A DNA stretch of 64,000 nt, taken from the IMG/VR virus record IMGVR_UViG_3300025874_000005, positions 100,119 through 164,118 of that record; one strand, written 5' to 3'. This DNA comes from a virus. Shown piece after piece: positions 47,475-55,286 of this stretch. Numbering within the stretch: the stretch's first letter is position 1; every line of letters begins with the position of its first letter. The position numbers and the translations under genes were made by a program. The notes below the pieces were generated by a model, which saw nothing but the letters and a program-made list of their open reading frames with translations, ran no database searches and had not been told where the DNA came from.

Positions 47475-48677
47475 ATGAAAGAAATTTTAATCCAAGAATA
47501 TAATAATTTATCTAAATTACTTATTAAACCAAAACCTCAATCTAACTTTTACCACATTAACTTTATTAATGGGGCTAAATTAGAAATTACAGGTAAAATA
47601 GATAAAAAATATAACATCCAATTTTACGACCAAAATACATTAGAATTACTTTTTGAAAGTGAAATTACAAATAATATGTGGACTAAATTTAACAAAACAT
47701 ATTATATAAATTATAATATTAAAGTAATAGATTTAGAAAATAATACAGTTGTTTTTGAACATAAATTTAATGCAAAAAACAAAAGAGTTTATATTCATTT
47801 TGCCTCAAAAGCCTTAGGGGATACTATAGCATGGTTTCCATTTGCTGAAGAGTTTAGAAAAAAGCACCAATGTGAATTAATTGTTTCTACTTTCCATAAC
47901 AGTATGTTTAAGGAAAACTATCCAAACATTAAATTTATAACTCCTGGAGAAGAACAATTTGACTTATATGCTATGTATGAAGTTGGGTGGCATTATAATG
48001 AAGATGAAAAAATAGATTATAATAAAAATATATCAGATTTTAGAAAACATGGTTTACAAAAATGTAGTGGTGAAATTTTAGGAGTTAACCAATCAGAAAT
48101 TAAACCAAAACTAACATTCAAAAATACAGGATCTACAATAGAAGGAAAATATGTCGTTATAGCACCCCATGGGTCGGCACATGCTAAGTATTGGAATTAT
48201 AAAGGAGGGTGGCAAACAATAATAGATTATTTAAATAATAAAGGTTATAAAGTAGTAATGATAACACAAGAATTATTAGGAGACAAATGGCATGATTCTA
48301 AATTAGGAGGAACTTTAACGGGGGTTATTGATAAAACTGGAGATTACCCTTTAAGTGAAAGAGCTAATGATATGTTAAATGCTAAAGCTTTTATTGGTAT
48401 TGGAAGTGGGTTAAGTTGGTTAGCTTGGGCTTTAAAAACCCCTGTAGTAATGATATCAGGATTTAGTGAAGCTTATAGTGAATTTGAAGATTGTGAAAGA
48501 ATATCATCACCTAAAAATAAATGTTCTGGATGTTTTAATAGAGTAAGATTAGATGCAGGAGATTGGGAATGGTGTCCTGATCATAAGGATACAGATAGAA
48601 TGTTTGAATGTACTAAATCAATAACACCAGATACAGTAATTGCTGCTATAAACCATCAATTAGAAAAATCTCTTTGA
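47475..48677 (+). CDS. Autotransporter O-heptosyltransferase (Aah/TibC)-like protein glycosyltransferase
   Basis: ALGDTIAWFP, KYWN..GGW, FIGIGSGLSWLAWA...VVMISGFS, C-x2-C-x13-C-x11-C metal-finger motif ending FECTKSITP. Confidence 0.8.
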   Translation: MKEILIQEYNNLSKLLIKPKPQSNFYHINFINGAKLEITGKIDKKYNIQFYDQNTLELLFESEITNNMWTKFNKTYYINYNIKVIDLENNTVVFEHKFNAKNKRVYIHFASKALGDTIAWFPFAEEFRKKHQCELIVSTFHNSMFKENYPNIKFITPGEEQFDLYAMYEVGWHYNEDEKIDYNKNISDFRKHGLQKCSGEILGVNQSEIKPKLTFKNTGSTIEGKYVVIAPHGSAHAKYWNYKGGWQTIIDYLNNKGYKVVMITQELLGDKWHDSKLGGTLTGVIDKTGDYPLSERANDMLNAKAFIGIGSGLSWLAWALKTPVVMISGFSEAYSEFEDCERISSPKNKCSGCFNRVRLDAGDWEWCPDHKDTDRMFECTKSITPDTVIAAINHQLEKSL

Positions 48678-48686
48678 TATTTATAA
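48677..48686 (+). promoter_or_regulatory. Putative late promoter motif ATATTTATAA
   Basis: Exact copy; flanks (tgatatttataacaaaa) identical to the 13617 copy. Confidence 0.65.
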
Positions 48687-48698
48687 CAAAATTATAGA

Positions 48699-50651
48699 AT
48701 GGCAATTAAACTTTCAAATACAGGCATAACACCAGGAGCAGTAGTTAAATCCGCTGAAGTTTCTCAATCTATAGATGCTTTTACAGGTACTATAGCCTAT
48801 GATATTCAACAATCAGGCTCATTTAGCCAAACAGGTTCTTCTATACTATCAGGTTCAGTTTATCTACCAGATAATACTCATATGGGGATTGGTACTGCAC
48901 CATCTCCAACAGCTGGAGTTAAATTAACTTTAAAAGCAAATGACTCTTCAAATGATCCAACAATCTTATTAGAAGCATTTGGAGCAGCAGATTCAGCTAC
49001 TATAGGGTGGAAAAATCCTGATGTAAGGTGGAATTTAGGGTTAGCTGGAGGAAGTTCTGATTCTTTTGTTCTACAAAATCAAACAACTAATAAGTTTCCT
49101 ATTTTAATAGATTACTCTTCTTCTGATGCATCAATAGTACTTAGAAATGATAATGGGTCAGATTTATTTCAAAAAGTTGGTATTAATTGGCCTTATGGTG
49201 AGATGGGTTTTGGATCACCAAATCATACACTTTTAGTTAGTGGCTCTGTAACATCATCAGTAGGTTTTTATGGTGATTTAATAGGAACAGCTTCTGTAAC
49301 GGATAAGGCTAAAGTAAGTAATATGATTGCAAATCAAACCAATCCAGTTTTAGTTATGCCCGGAACAGTTGATGGAGGTTATAAAGATGTTATGGCCGAT
49401 CCATTATATCTTAACTTTAATAATATAACAAAAATATTAGAAACAACTGCATCATGGGCAACAGAGTCAATTTCTGCTTCTTATAGTGAAACAGCATCTT
49501 ATGCCTTAACAGCTGAATCAGCAAATCCTCTTTGGTATGATGGGGGTACTTATATCTCATCTTCTTACGGTACTATTGTAAGTGGATCGACAGCAGAATT
49601 TGTACTTTATAGAGGGGGTGTAACCAATACATCCTTAGTATCATCATCTGCAGTCCACTCAATAAATTTTTCTGGAAGCAATTATACAGCTTCAAGTGCT
49701 GTATCCAGTATTGTTATAGGATCTAATAATATATCTTACGATTATAATGGAAGAAGCTACATCCAAAATAAAAATGTAGGAGCTAGTGCTACATTAAATA
49801 TTGGGGTAGGTGGCGTTGGAGGAACAACATCTTCAGCAATAATAATAAATAGTAACAATGAAACCTCAATTGGTTCATCATCACCTGCTTTTAGTTACCC
49901 ATTAGGATATACAGCTGGAGAAATACATTCATATGTCCAAATGCAGAATAACCACCAAGATTCTTCATCAGTATTAGCTGTAAAAGGTGCAAATGGAAGT
50001 GACGGTATTATTTATTTAGGAGGAAATGAAGCATATGGTGGAGGTATTTTATATCATGGTGGGGGTGGAACTTCCCAAATACCTACTGCATTTGCTAGTC
50101 AGAAAACAGCATTATATAGAAGTAGTCAATCTGTTCCATTCCCAGTAATAGATTTTCCTACAGATAATAATCACATTATGGCAAGGTTAGATTCTAGCCC
50201 TGAATCTGATGCTAATTTAGATTATTTTGGTATGGGTCCTTCAGGTAATATAGAGCCCTATAGAAGAACTTACATGCTTAATGGGATACTTACATCTGGT
50301 GCAGGTAATTCTGTCTCCTTAGGTCAAGTATCTGCCGTTCAATCTGGTACTTATTTAGTAAAATTAACTGTAGGTAAATCTAATAATCAATCCCCAACTG
50401 ACGTTGGAGCTATAATAGAAGAAATACAAACCTTTTATGTAGATTCATTTGGAAATCAACCACAAGCTTTGATTACTGGAACAGCACCAGGCCCTACAAC
50501 AGTAGCTGAGGGATCATTCGGTAGTGGAAACACAACCATCCAAATACTCCCCATTTCAACCGGTTTTCAATTCCGCGCTAATGGTAATGTAGGAGAAAAT
50601 ATGAACTTACAAGGCTTTGCAGAAGTAACATTTTTCCCTAATTCTATTTAA
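48699..50651 (+). CDS. Tail-fibre-like structural protein
   Basis: MGIGT/VGIN fibre-type repeats, TASWA/SASYS/TASYA repeats, many SGS motifs. Confidence 0.6.
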   Translation: MAIKLSNTGITPGAVVKSAEVSQSIDAFTGTIAYDIQQSGSFSQTGSSILSGSVYLPDNTHMGIGTAPSPTAGVKLTLKANDSSNDPTILLEAFGAADSATIGWKNPDVRWNLGLAGGSSDSFVLQNQTTNKFPILIDYSSSDASIVLRNDNGSDLFQKVGINWPYGEMGFGSPNHTLLVSGSVTSSVGFYGDLIGTASVTDKAKVSNMIANQTNPVLVMPGTVDGGYKDVMADPLYLNFNNITKILETTASWATESISASYSETASYALTAESANPLWYDGGTYISSSYGTIVSGSTAEFVLYRGGVTNTSLVSSSAVHSINFSGSNYTASSAVSSIVIGSNNISYDYNGRSYIQNKNVGASATLNIGVGGVGGTTSSAIIINSNNETSIGSSSPAFSYPLGYTAGEIHSYVQMQNNHQDSSSVLAVKGANGSDGIIYLGGNEAYGGGILYHGGGGTSQIPTAFASQKTALYRSSQSVPFPVIDFPTDNNHIMARLDSSPESDANLDYFGMGPSGNIEPYRRTYMLNGILTSGAGNSVSLGQVSAVQSGTYLVKLTVGKSNNQSPTDVGAIIEEIQTFYVDSFGNQPQALITGTAPGPTTVAEGSFGSGNTTIQILPISTGFQFRANGNVGENMNLQGFAEVTFFPNSI

Positions 50652-50703
50652 TAGTTTTTAATAATAATATAATTTTAATAACAAGTTTTAATACGTATAA
50701 AAG

Positions 50704-50949
50704 ATGACAAAATTACAAAGTGAAGAAATCAAAAAGGTTAATGATTTAAAAAATAAGTTTAATGAAACAGTACAAGCCCTAGGTAGTATTGAACTTCAAC
50801 TTTTAAACATCAATTTAAAAAAGGAACAACTTAAAATGGAAGCAGTCGAAATTCAAAAAGAAGAAATAGATTTAGCAAAAGAGTTAGAGGAAAAATATGG
50901 TAGCGGAACTATTTCTTTAGAAACTGGTGAATTTTCTCCAACTAAATAG
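50704..50949 (+). CDS. Small coiled-coil protein (possible chaperone)
   Basis: 81 aa, heptad pattern, C-terminal LEEKYGSGTISLETGEF. Confidence 0.6.
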   Translation: MTKLQSEEIKKVNDLKNKFNETVQALGSIELQLLNINLKKEQLKMEAVEIQKEEIDLAKELEEKYGSGTISLETGEFSPTK

Positions 50950-50968
50950 ACTTTTGACAGAAAACCAT

Positions 50969-50978
50969 ATATTTATTA
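50969..50978 (+). promoter_or_regulatory. Late promoter variant ATATTTATTA
   Basis: Intergenic, 23 nt before the sheath ATG. Confidence 0.55.
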
Positions 50979-51001
50979 TCAAAATATAACAATTACATAA
51001 C

Positions 51002-53596
51002 ATGGCAGAAACATTAATTTCCCCAGGAGTATTAGCAAGAGAAAACGATCAATCCCAGATTACATCTCAACCAATACAAGCCGGTGCAGCAATAATAGGA
51101 CCAACAGTAAAAGGTCAAGTAAACATTCCAAGGCTTATTACCACTTATAGTGAGTATCAAGCTAATTTTGGTACTACCTTCGAAAGTGGGTCGGCAAACC
51201 AAAAAAGTGAATATACTTTCTTAACTTCAATCTCAGCTTATAATTACTTCTCAAATGGAGGTACTTCGCTAATTGTTACTAGAGTAGCCTCAGGTTCTTT
51301 TTCACCAGCAACTTCTTCTAAGATTGCTAATGATCAAGAAACAGGACAAATTTTAGCTACAACTAATTTATTAGGATCTGCCGTAGGTGGTGGAGGTGGA
51401 GATGCTACATTCTCTGGAACACCTGCTTTTACAGGAGGAACAGGAACAGGATTAACACTTAACGCAGCAGTAACAACAAATGGGGGTGTTAAAGTAGCAG
51501 TAGATACTTTATTAGATAATTTAAATGCAGGTACAAATCCAACAGATGCAGTAGATGGATCTTACACAGTTCCATTAGTTGGAGGAACAGGAACAAATTT
51601 AACAGCTTCAATTACAGTATCAGGCCAAACAGTTACTTCTATTACAACTCCCCTAGCAACATCAGGTTCAGGTTACACAGCTTTAGATGCTTTAACTTTC
51701 CCAGCAGGTGCTTTATCAGATGGTCAGTTAAAAACAGCTCAAGATATATTATCTATATCTAATGGTGGCGCTTTAGCAATAGGAGCAGGTGGTCCAGCAA
51801 CTGGAGTAGCTATTACAACAGTTACTGGGGGTACAGTACAAACAGGAACAGGAGCAACAGTCGATATAACATCAGATGGAACAAATGTTTCAGTACTAAC
51901 AGTAAATGCATTAGGAACAGGATATGTTACAGGTAATGTATTAACAATTACACAAGCAGATTTAGTTACAGCTGGATTCGCAACTGCAGCAGCAGATTTA
52001 ACAATTACATTAACCCCTGCAAATGTTGAATTATCAACAGCAGGAGCCTTAACATTACAAGCTGCAGATTTATTTTACTCACTAACAACTTTAAATGCTG
52101 CTACAGAAGGTACAGGATATGAAGTTAATGATCAATTAACAATTGTAGCAGGTGCTATGGGTGCAAATTCATCAGAATGTATAATTACATTAGTAGATGC
52201 TGATATAGTAGATGGAAATGCATTTATATTAGAATCAATTGGTCAAGGCCAAATCATGAATAGTACAGGAGCTGAAAATTCTCAAGGTGCTTTAACAAAT
52301 GGATCATCAAATAATTTAAGATGGGAAATTACATCACCAAATACCTCTTCAGGTACGTTTAGTGTAGTAATTAGACAAGGTAATGATAATACAAGAGCTA
52401 AATCAGTACTTGAAAGCTTTACTAATGTATCATTAGACCCAAAATCATCAAATTATATTTCAAGAGTAATTGGTGATCAAACACAAACAGTAAAAGGAGT
52501 TGGAACAACAGATGTTTACCTACAAACAACTGGATCTTATGCCAATGCTTCAAGATACGTAAGAGTAAAAGAAGTTAATTTCAAAACACCAGATTATTTA
52601 GATAATAGTGGACAAGCAAAACCAGAATATACAGCTTCTATACCAGTACAAGCTTCAGGAACATTTGGAGATGCAGTAGGTAGTATTTTAACCGGAACTG
52701 GAAAATATTATGATAAAATTACAGCAGATGATACTCAAGGATTAGTTGGAGATAATTATACAACTGCAATTAATTTATTAGCAAATAAAGATGATTACAA
52801 ATACAACATTATCTCAACACCAGGTTTAACTCAAGCAGATTATACATCAACAACCAATAAATTAATTTCTAACACAGAAAATAGAGGAGATAATATTGTA
52901 ATATTAGATCTTGAACTATATGCTAAGTCTATTACAAATGTTACTACAACGGCAGCAAGTAAAGACTCATCATATGCAGCTTCATATTGGCCTTGGTGTA
53001 TGGTAACAGATCCAGATTCAGGACAAAGAGTTTGGGTACCAGCAGGAACATTAATTCCAGGAGTTTATGCTAATAATGATAGAACAGCAGAAGCATGGTT
53101 TGCCCCAGCAGGTATTAATAGAGGTGGATTAGGTCAAGTAATTCAAGCTGAAAGAAAATTAACTCAAGCTAATAGAGATGAATTATATATTAATAAAGTA
53201 AATCCTATTGCAACCTTCCCAGGAAGAGGAGTAGTAGTATTTGGTCAGAAAACACTACAAAATCAAGCATCAGCTTTAGATAGAGTAAATGTTAGAAGAT
53301 TGTTAATTGCACTTAAAAATTATATTTCTCAATTATCTGATAATTTAGTATTTGAACAAAATACAGCGGCTACAAGAAATACATTCTTAAGCCAAGTTAA
53401 TCCATATTTAGAGTCAGTACAGCAAAGACAGGGTTTATACGCGTTTAAAGTTGTTATGAATGATTCAAATAATGGACCCGATGTAATTGATAGAAACGAA
53501 TTAAGAGGTGCTATATACATACAACCTACTAAAACGGCTGAATTCATTTACTTAGATTTCAACATTTTACCAACTGGAGCAGAATTTCCAGCATAA
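51002..53596 (+). CDS. gp18: Contractile tail sheath protein (T4 gp18-like) with a large internal insertion
   Basis: SPGVLARE, GPTVKG, YWPW, WFAPAGINRG, VNPI, VFGQKTL, RVNVRRL, FEQN, PTKTAEFI motifs. Confidence 0.95.
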   Translation: MAETLISPGVLARENDQSQITSQPIQAGAAIIGPTVKGQVNIPRLITTYSEYQANFGTTFESGSANQKSEYTFLTSISAYNYFSNGGTSLIVTRVASGSFSPATSSKIANDQETGQILATTNLLGSAVGGGGGDATFSGTPAFTGGTGTGLTLNAAVTTNGGVKVAVDTLLDNLNAGTNPTDAVDGSYTVPLVGGTGTNLTASITVSGQTVTSITTPLATSGSGYTALDALTFPAGALSDGQLKTAQDILSISNGGALAIGAGGPATGVAITTVTGGTVQTGTGATVDITSDGTNVSVLTVNALGTGYVTGNVLTITQADLVTAGFATAAADLTITLTPANVELSTAGALTLQAADLFYSLTTLNAATEGTGYEVNDQLTIVAGAMGANSSECIITLVDADIVDGNAFILESIGQGQIMNSTGAENSQGALTNGSSNNLRWEITSPNTSSGTFSVVIRQGNDNTRAKSVLESFTNVSLDPKSSNYISRVIGDQTQTVKGVGTTDVYLQTTGSYANASRYVRVKEVNFKTPDYLDNSGQAKPEYTASIPVQASGTFGDAVGSILTGTGKYYDKITADDTQGLVGDNYTTAINLLANKDDYKYNIISTPGLTQADYTSTTNKLISNTENRGDNIVILDLELYAKSITNVTTTAASKDSSYAASYWPWCMVTDPDSGQRVWVPAGTLIPGVYANNDRTAEAWFAPAGINRGGLGQVIQAERKLTQANRDELYINKVNPIATFPGRGVVVFGQKTLQNQASALDRVNVRRLLIALKNYISQLSDNLVFEQNTAATRNTFLSQVNPYLESVQQRQGLYAFKVVMNDSNNGPDVIDRNELRGAIYIQPTKTAEFIYLDFNILPTGAEFPA

Positions 53597-53611
53597 AAGT
53601 TAAAAAGTATA

Positions 53612-53621
53612 ATATTTATAA
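53612..53621 (+). promoter_or_regulatory. Putative late promoter motif ATATTTATAA
   Basis: Exact copy between the sheath and tube genes. Confidence 0.65.
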
Positions 53622-53649
53622 TTGAATAAAAAAATTAAAAAAACATAAA

Positions 53650-54138
53650 ATGGCAGTATTAGATCCAAACGAAATATTTTTCACAGCATTTGAGCCAAAG
53701 GTAGCTAATAGATTTATCATGTACGTAGATGGATTTCCATCATACATTATTAAAGGTATTAGTGGATTAGGGTTCGCACAAGATGAAATTACATTAAATC
53801 ATATCAACACTTATAGAAAAGTTAAAGGTAAGTTAAGATGGAATGACATTACGATGCAATTATTTGACCCTATAACACCTTCAGGAGCACAAGCTGTAAT
53901 GGAGTGGGTTAGATTACACCATGAATCAGTAACTGGTAGAGATGGTTACTCTGATTTCTATAAAAAAGATTTAACAATTGATGTGTTAGGTCCTGTAGGT
54001 GATGTTGTTTCTGAATGGATCATAAAAGGAGCATTTATCAAAGACGGATCGTTTGCTGATATGAATTGGGACACTGATGGTGAAGCTCAAAACATTGATT
54101 TAACAATTGGAATGGATTACTGCGTGTTGAATTTCTAA
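53650..54138 (+). CDS. gp19: Tail tube protein (T4 gp19-like)
   Basis: EPKVANRF, KGKLRWNDIT, YKKD, WIIKGAF; follows the sheath gene. Confidence 0.88.
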   Translation: MAVLDPNEIFFTAFEPKVANRFIMYVDGFPSYIIKGISGLGFAQDEITLNHINTYRKVKGKLRWNDITMQLFDPITPSGAQAVMEWVRLHHESVTGRDGYSDFYKKDLTIDVLGPVGDVVSEWIIKGAFIKDGSFADMNWDTDGEAQNIDLTIGMDYCVLNF

Positions 54139-54164
54139 TAAGAAATTATATATTTTTGAAAAAT

Positions 54165-54191
54165 AGCTTGGCTTCGGTCAAGCTTTTTTTT
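54165..54191 (+). terminator. Intrinsic terminator after the tube gene
   Basis: AGCTTGGC-TTCG-GTCAAGCT (cUUCGg tetraloop) followed by a T run. Confidence 0.9.
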
Positions 54192-54198
54192 ATATTAT

Positions 54199-54219
54199 AT
54201 ATGTATACGCGAATATTAA
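54199..54219 (+). promoter_or_regulatory. Late promoter variant with extended conserved downstream element
   Basis: ATATGTATACGCGAATATTAA; 19/21 identical to 24890-24910. Confidence 0.55.
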
Positions 54220-54240
54220 GTTATAACAAATAAAATTTAT

Positions 54241-54975
54241 ATGGAAGAATTTAAACTACCTACTGAAAACGTAGAATTACCTTCAAAGGGATTATTATAC
54301 CCTGAAGACAACCCACTATCTTCTGGTATGGTTGAAATAAAATATATGACTGCTAAAGAAGAAGATATTTTAACTAACCAATCATACATTAAAAAAGGAA
54401 TTGTACTAGATAAACTACTACAATCACTTATAGTTAATAAATCTATTAAATATGATGATATTATCGTAGGAGATAAAAATGCACTACTTATTGCAGCCCG
54501 TATCTTAGGATATGGTGCAACCTATGACTTTGATTATAATGGCGAAAAACAATCAGTTGATTTATCTACATTAGAAAATGTTCAGTTCAATGAAGATTTA
54601 ATTACAAAAGGAGTAAATGAGTTTGATTATGAACTCCCAAAAATTAAAGCTAAAATATCTTTTAAAATATTAGATGGAAAAGATGAAAGAGCTATTGAAA
54701 GAGAACTTCAAGGACTTAAAAAGATTAATAAGGATGCTAATCCTGAAATGTCTACTCGTTTAAAATATATTATAACAGCAATTGAGGGAAATCCTGATAG
54801 AAAATCAATTAGGGAGTTTGTAGATAATTATCTGCTAGCCCAGGATTCCAGGGCATTAAGAAACTATATAAAATTAGTTCAACCAGATGTTGATCTAACT
54901 TTTTTTCCCGACGGAAGGACTGATGACGCAATCCTCCCCATTGGACTTAACTTTTTTTGGCCTGACGCTCGATAA
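54241..54975 (+). CDS. Baseplate hub/tail assembly chaperone (T4 gp26-like)
   Basis: VELPSKG, MTAKEEDIL, LLIAARILGYG, C-terminal FFWP; between tube and tape measure genes. Confidence 0.7.
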   Translation: MEEFKLPTENVELPSKGLLYPEDNPLSSGMVEIKYMTAKEEDILTNQSYIKKGIVLDKLLQSLIVNKSIKYDDIIVGDKNALLIAARILGYGATYDFDYNGEKQSVDLSTLENVQFNEDLITKGVNEFDYELPKIKAKISFKILDGKDERAIERELQGLKKINKDANPEMSTRLKYIITAIEGNPDRKSIREFVDNYLLAQDSRALRNYIKLVQPDVDLTFFPDGRTDDAILPIGLNFFWPDAR

Positions 54976-55252
54976 TGCGCCCGGAGTTAGAGTAAACGTA
55001 TTTAATACAATACACGAAATTGTATTCAATGGTAAGGGTGGATATGATTGGAACACTGTGTATAACATGCCTATATGGCTACGTAAGTTTACTTTTAATA
55101 AACTAAAAAGTCATTATGATGAAGTTGAAGAGAATAGAAAAAAAGCTAATAAGGGAAAAGGCACACAAATAGATTTAAATAACCCAACTAAATCCCAACC
55201 ACCAAAAAGTATATCACCCCCCTCTTACGTTTCAAAAAGAACGCAAAAATAG
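54923..55252 (+). CDS. Tail assembly chaperone second ORF, possibly expressed by frameshift
   Basis: +1 frame overlapping the upstream gene across a T7 run; YDWNTVYNMPIWLRKF core. Confidence 0.55.
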   Translation: MTQSSPLDLTFFGLTLDNAPGVRVNVFNTIHEIVFNGKGGYDWNTVYNMPIWLRKFTFNKLKSHYDEVEENRKKANKGKGTQIDLNNPTKSQPPKSISPPSYVSKRTQK

Positions 55253-55261
55253 GTTTTTCTA

Positions 55262-55271
55262 ATATTTATAA
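55262..55271 (+). promoter_or_regulatory. Putative late promoter motif ATATTTATAA
   Basis: Exact copy 15 nt before the tape-measure ATG. Confidence 0.65.
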
Positions 55272-55286
55272 TAAAACAAACCTATA

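Noticed and set aside
43809-48677. DNA-glucosylation (T4 agt/bgt-like) role for the glycosyltransferases
   Set aside because: No hydroxymethylase or other base-modification genes nearby; structural-gene context and Aah/TibC-like motifs favour protein acceptors, though this is not formally excluded
54900-54906. T TTT TTT canonical -1 slippery heptamer in the tail chaperone gene
   Set aside because: The -1 frame reaches TGA within a few codons, so it cannot produce the fusion; the second T run at 54952-54958 is the better candidate
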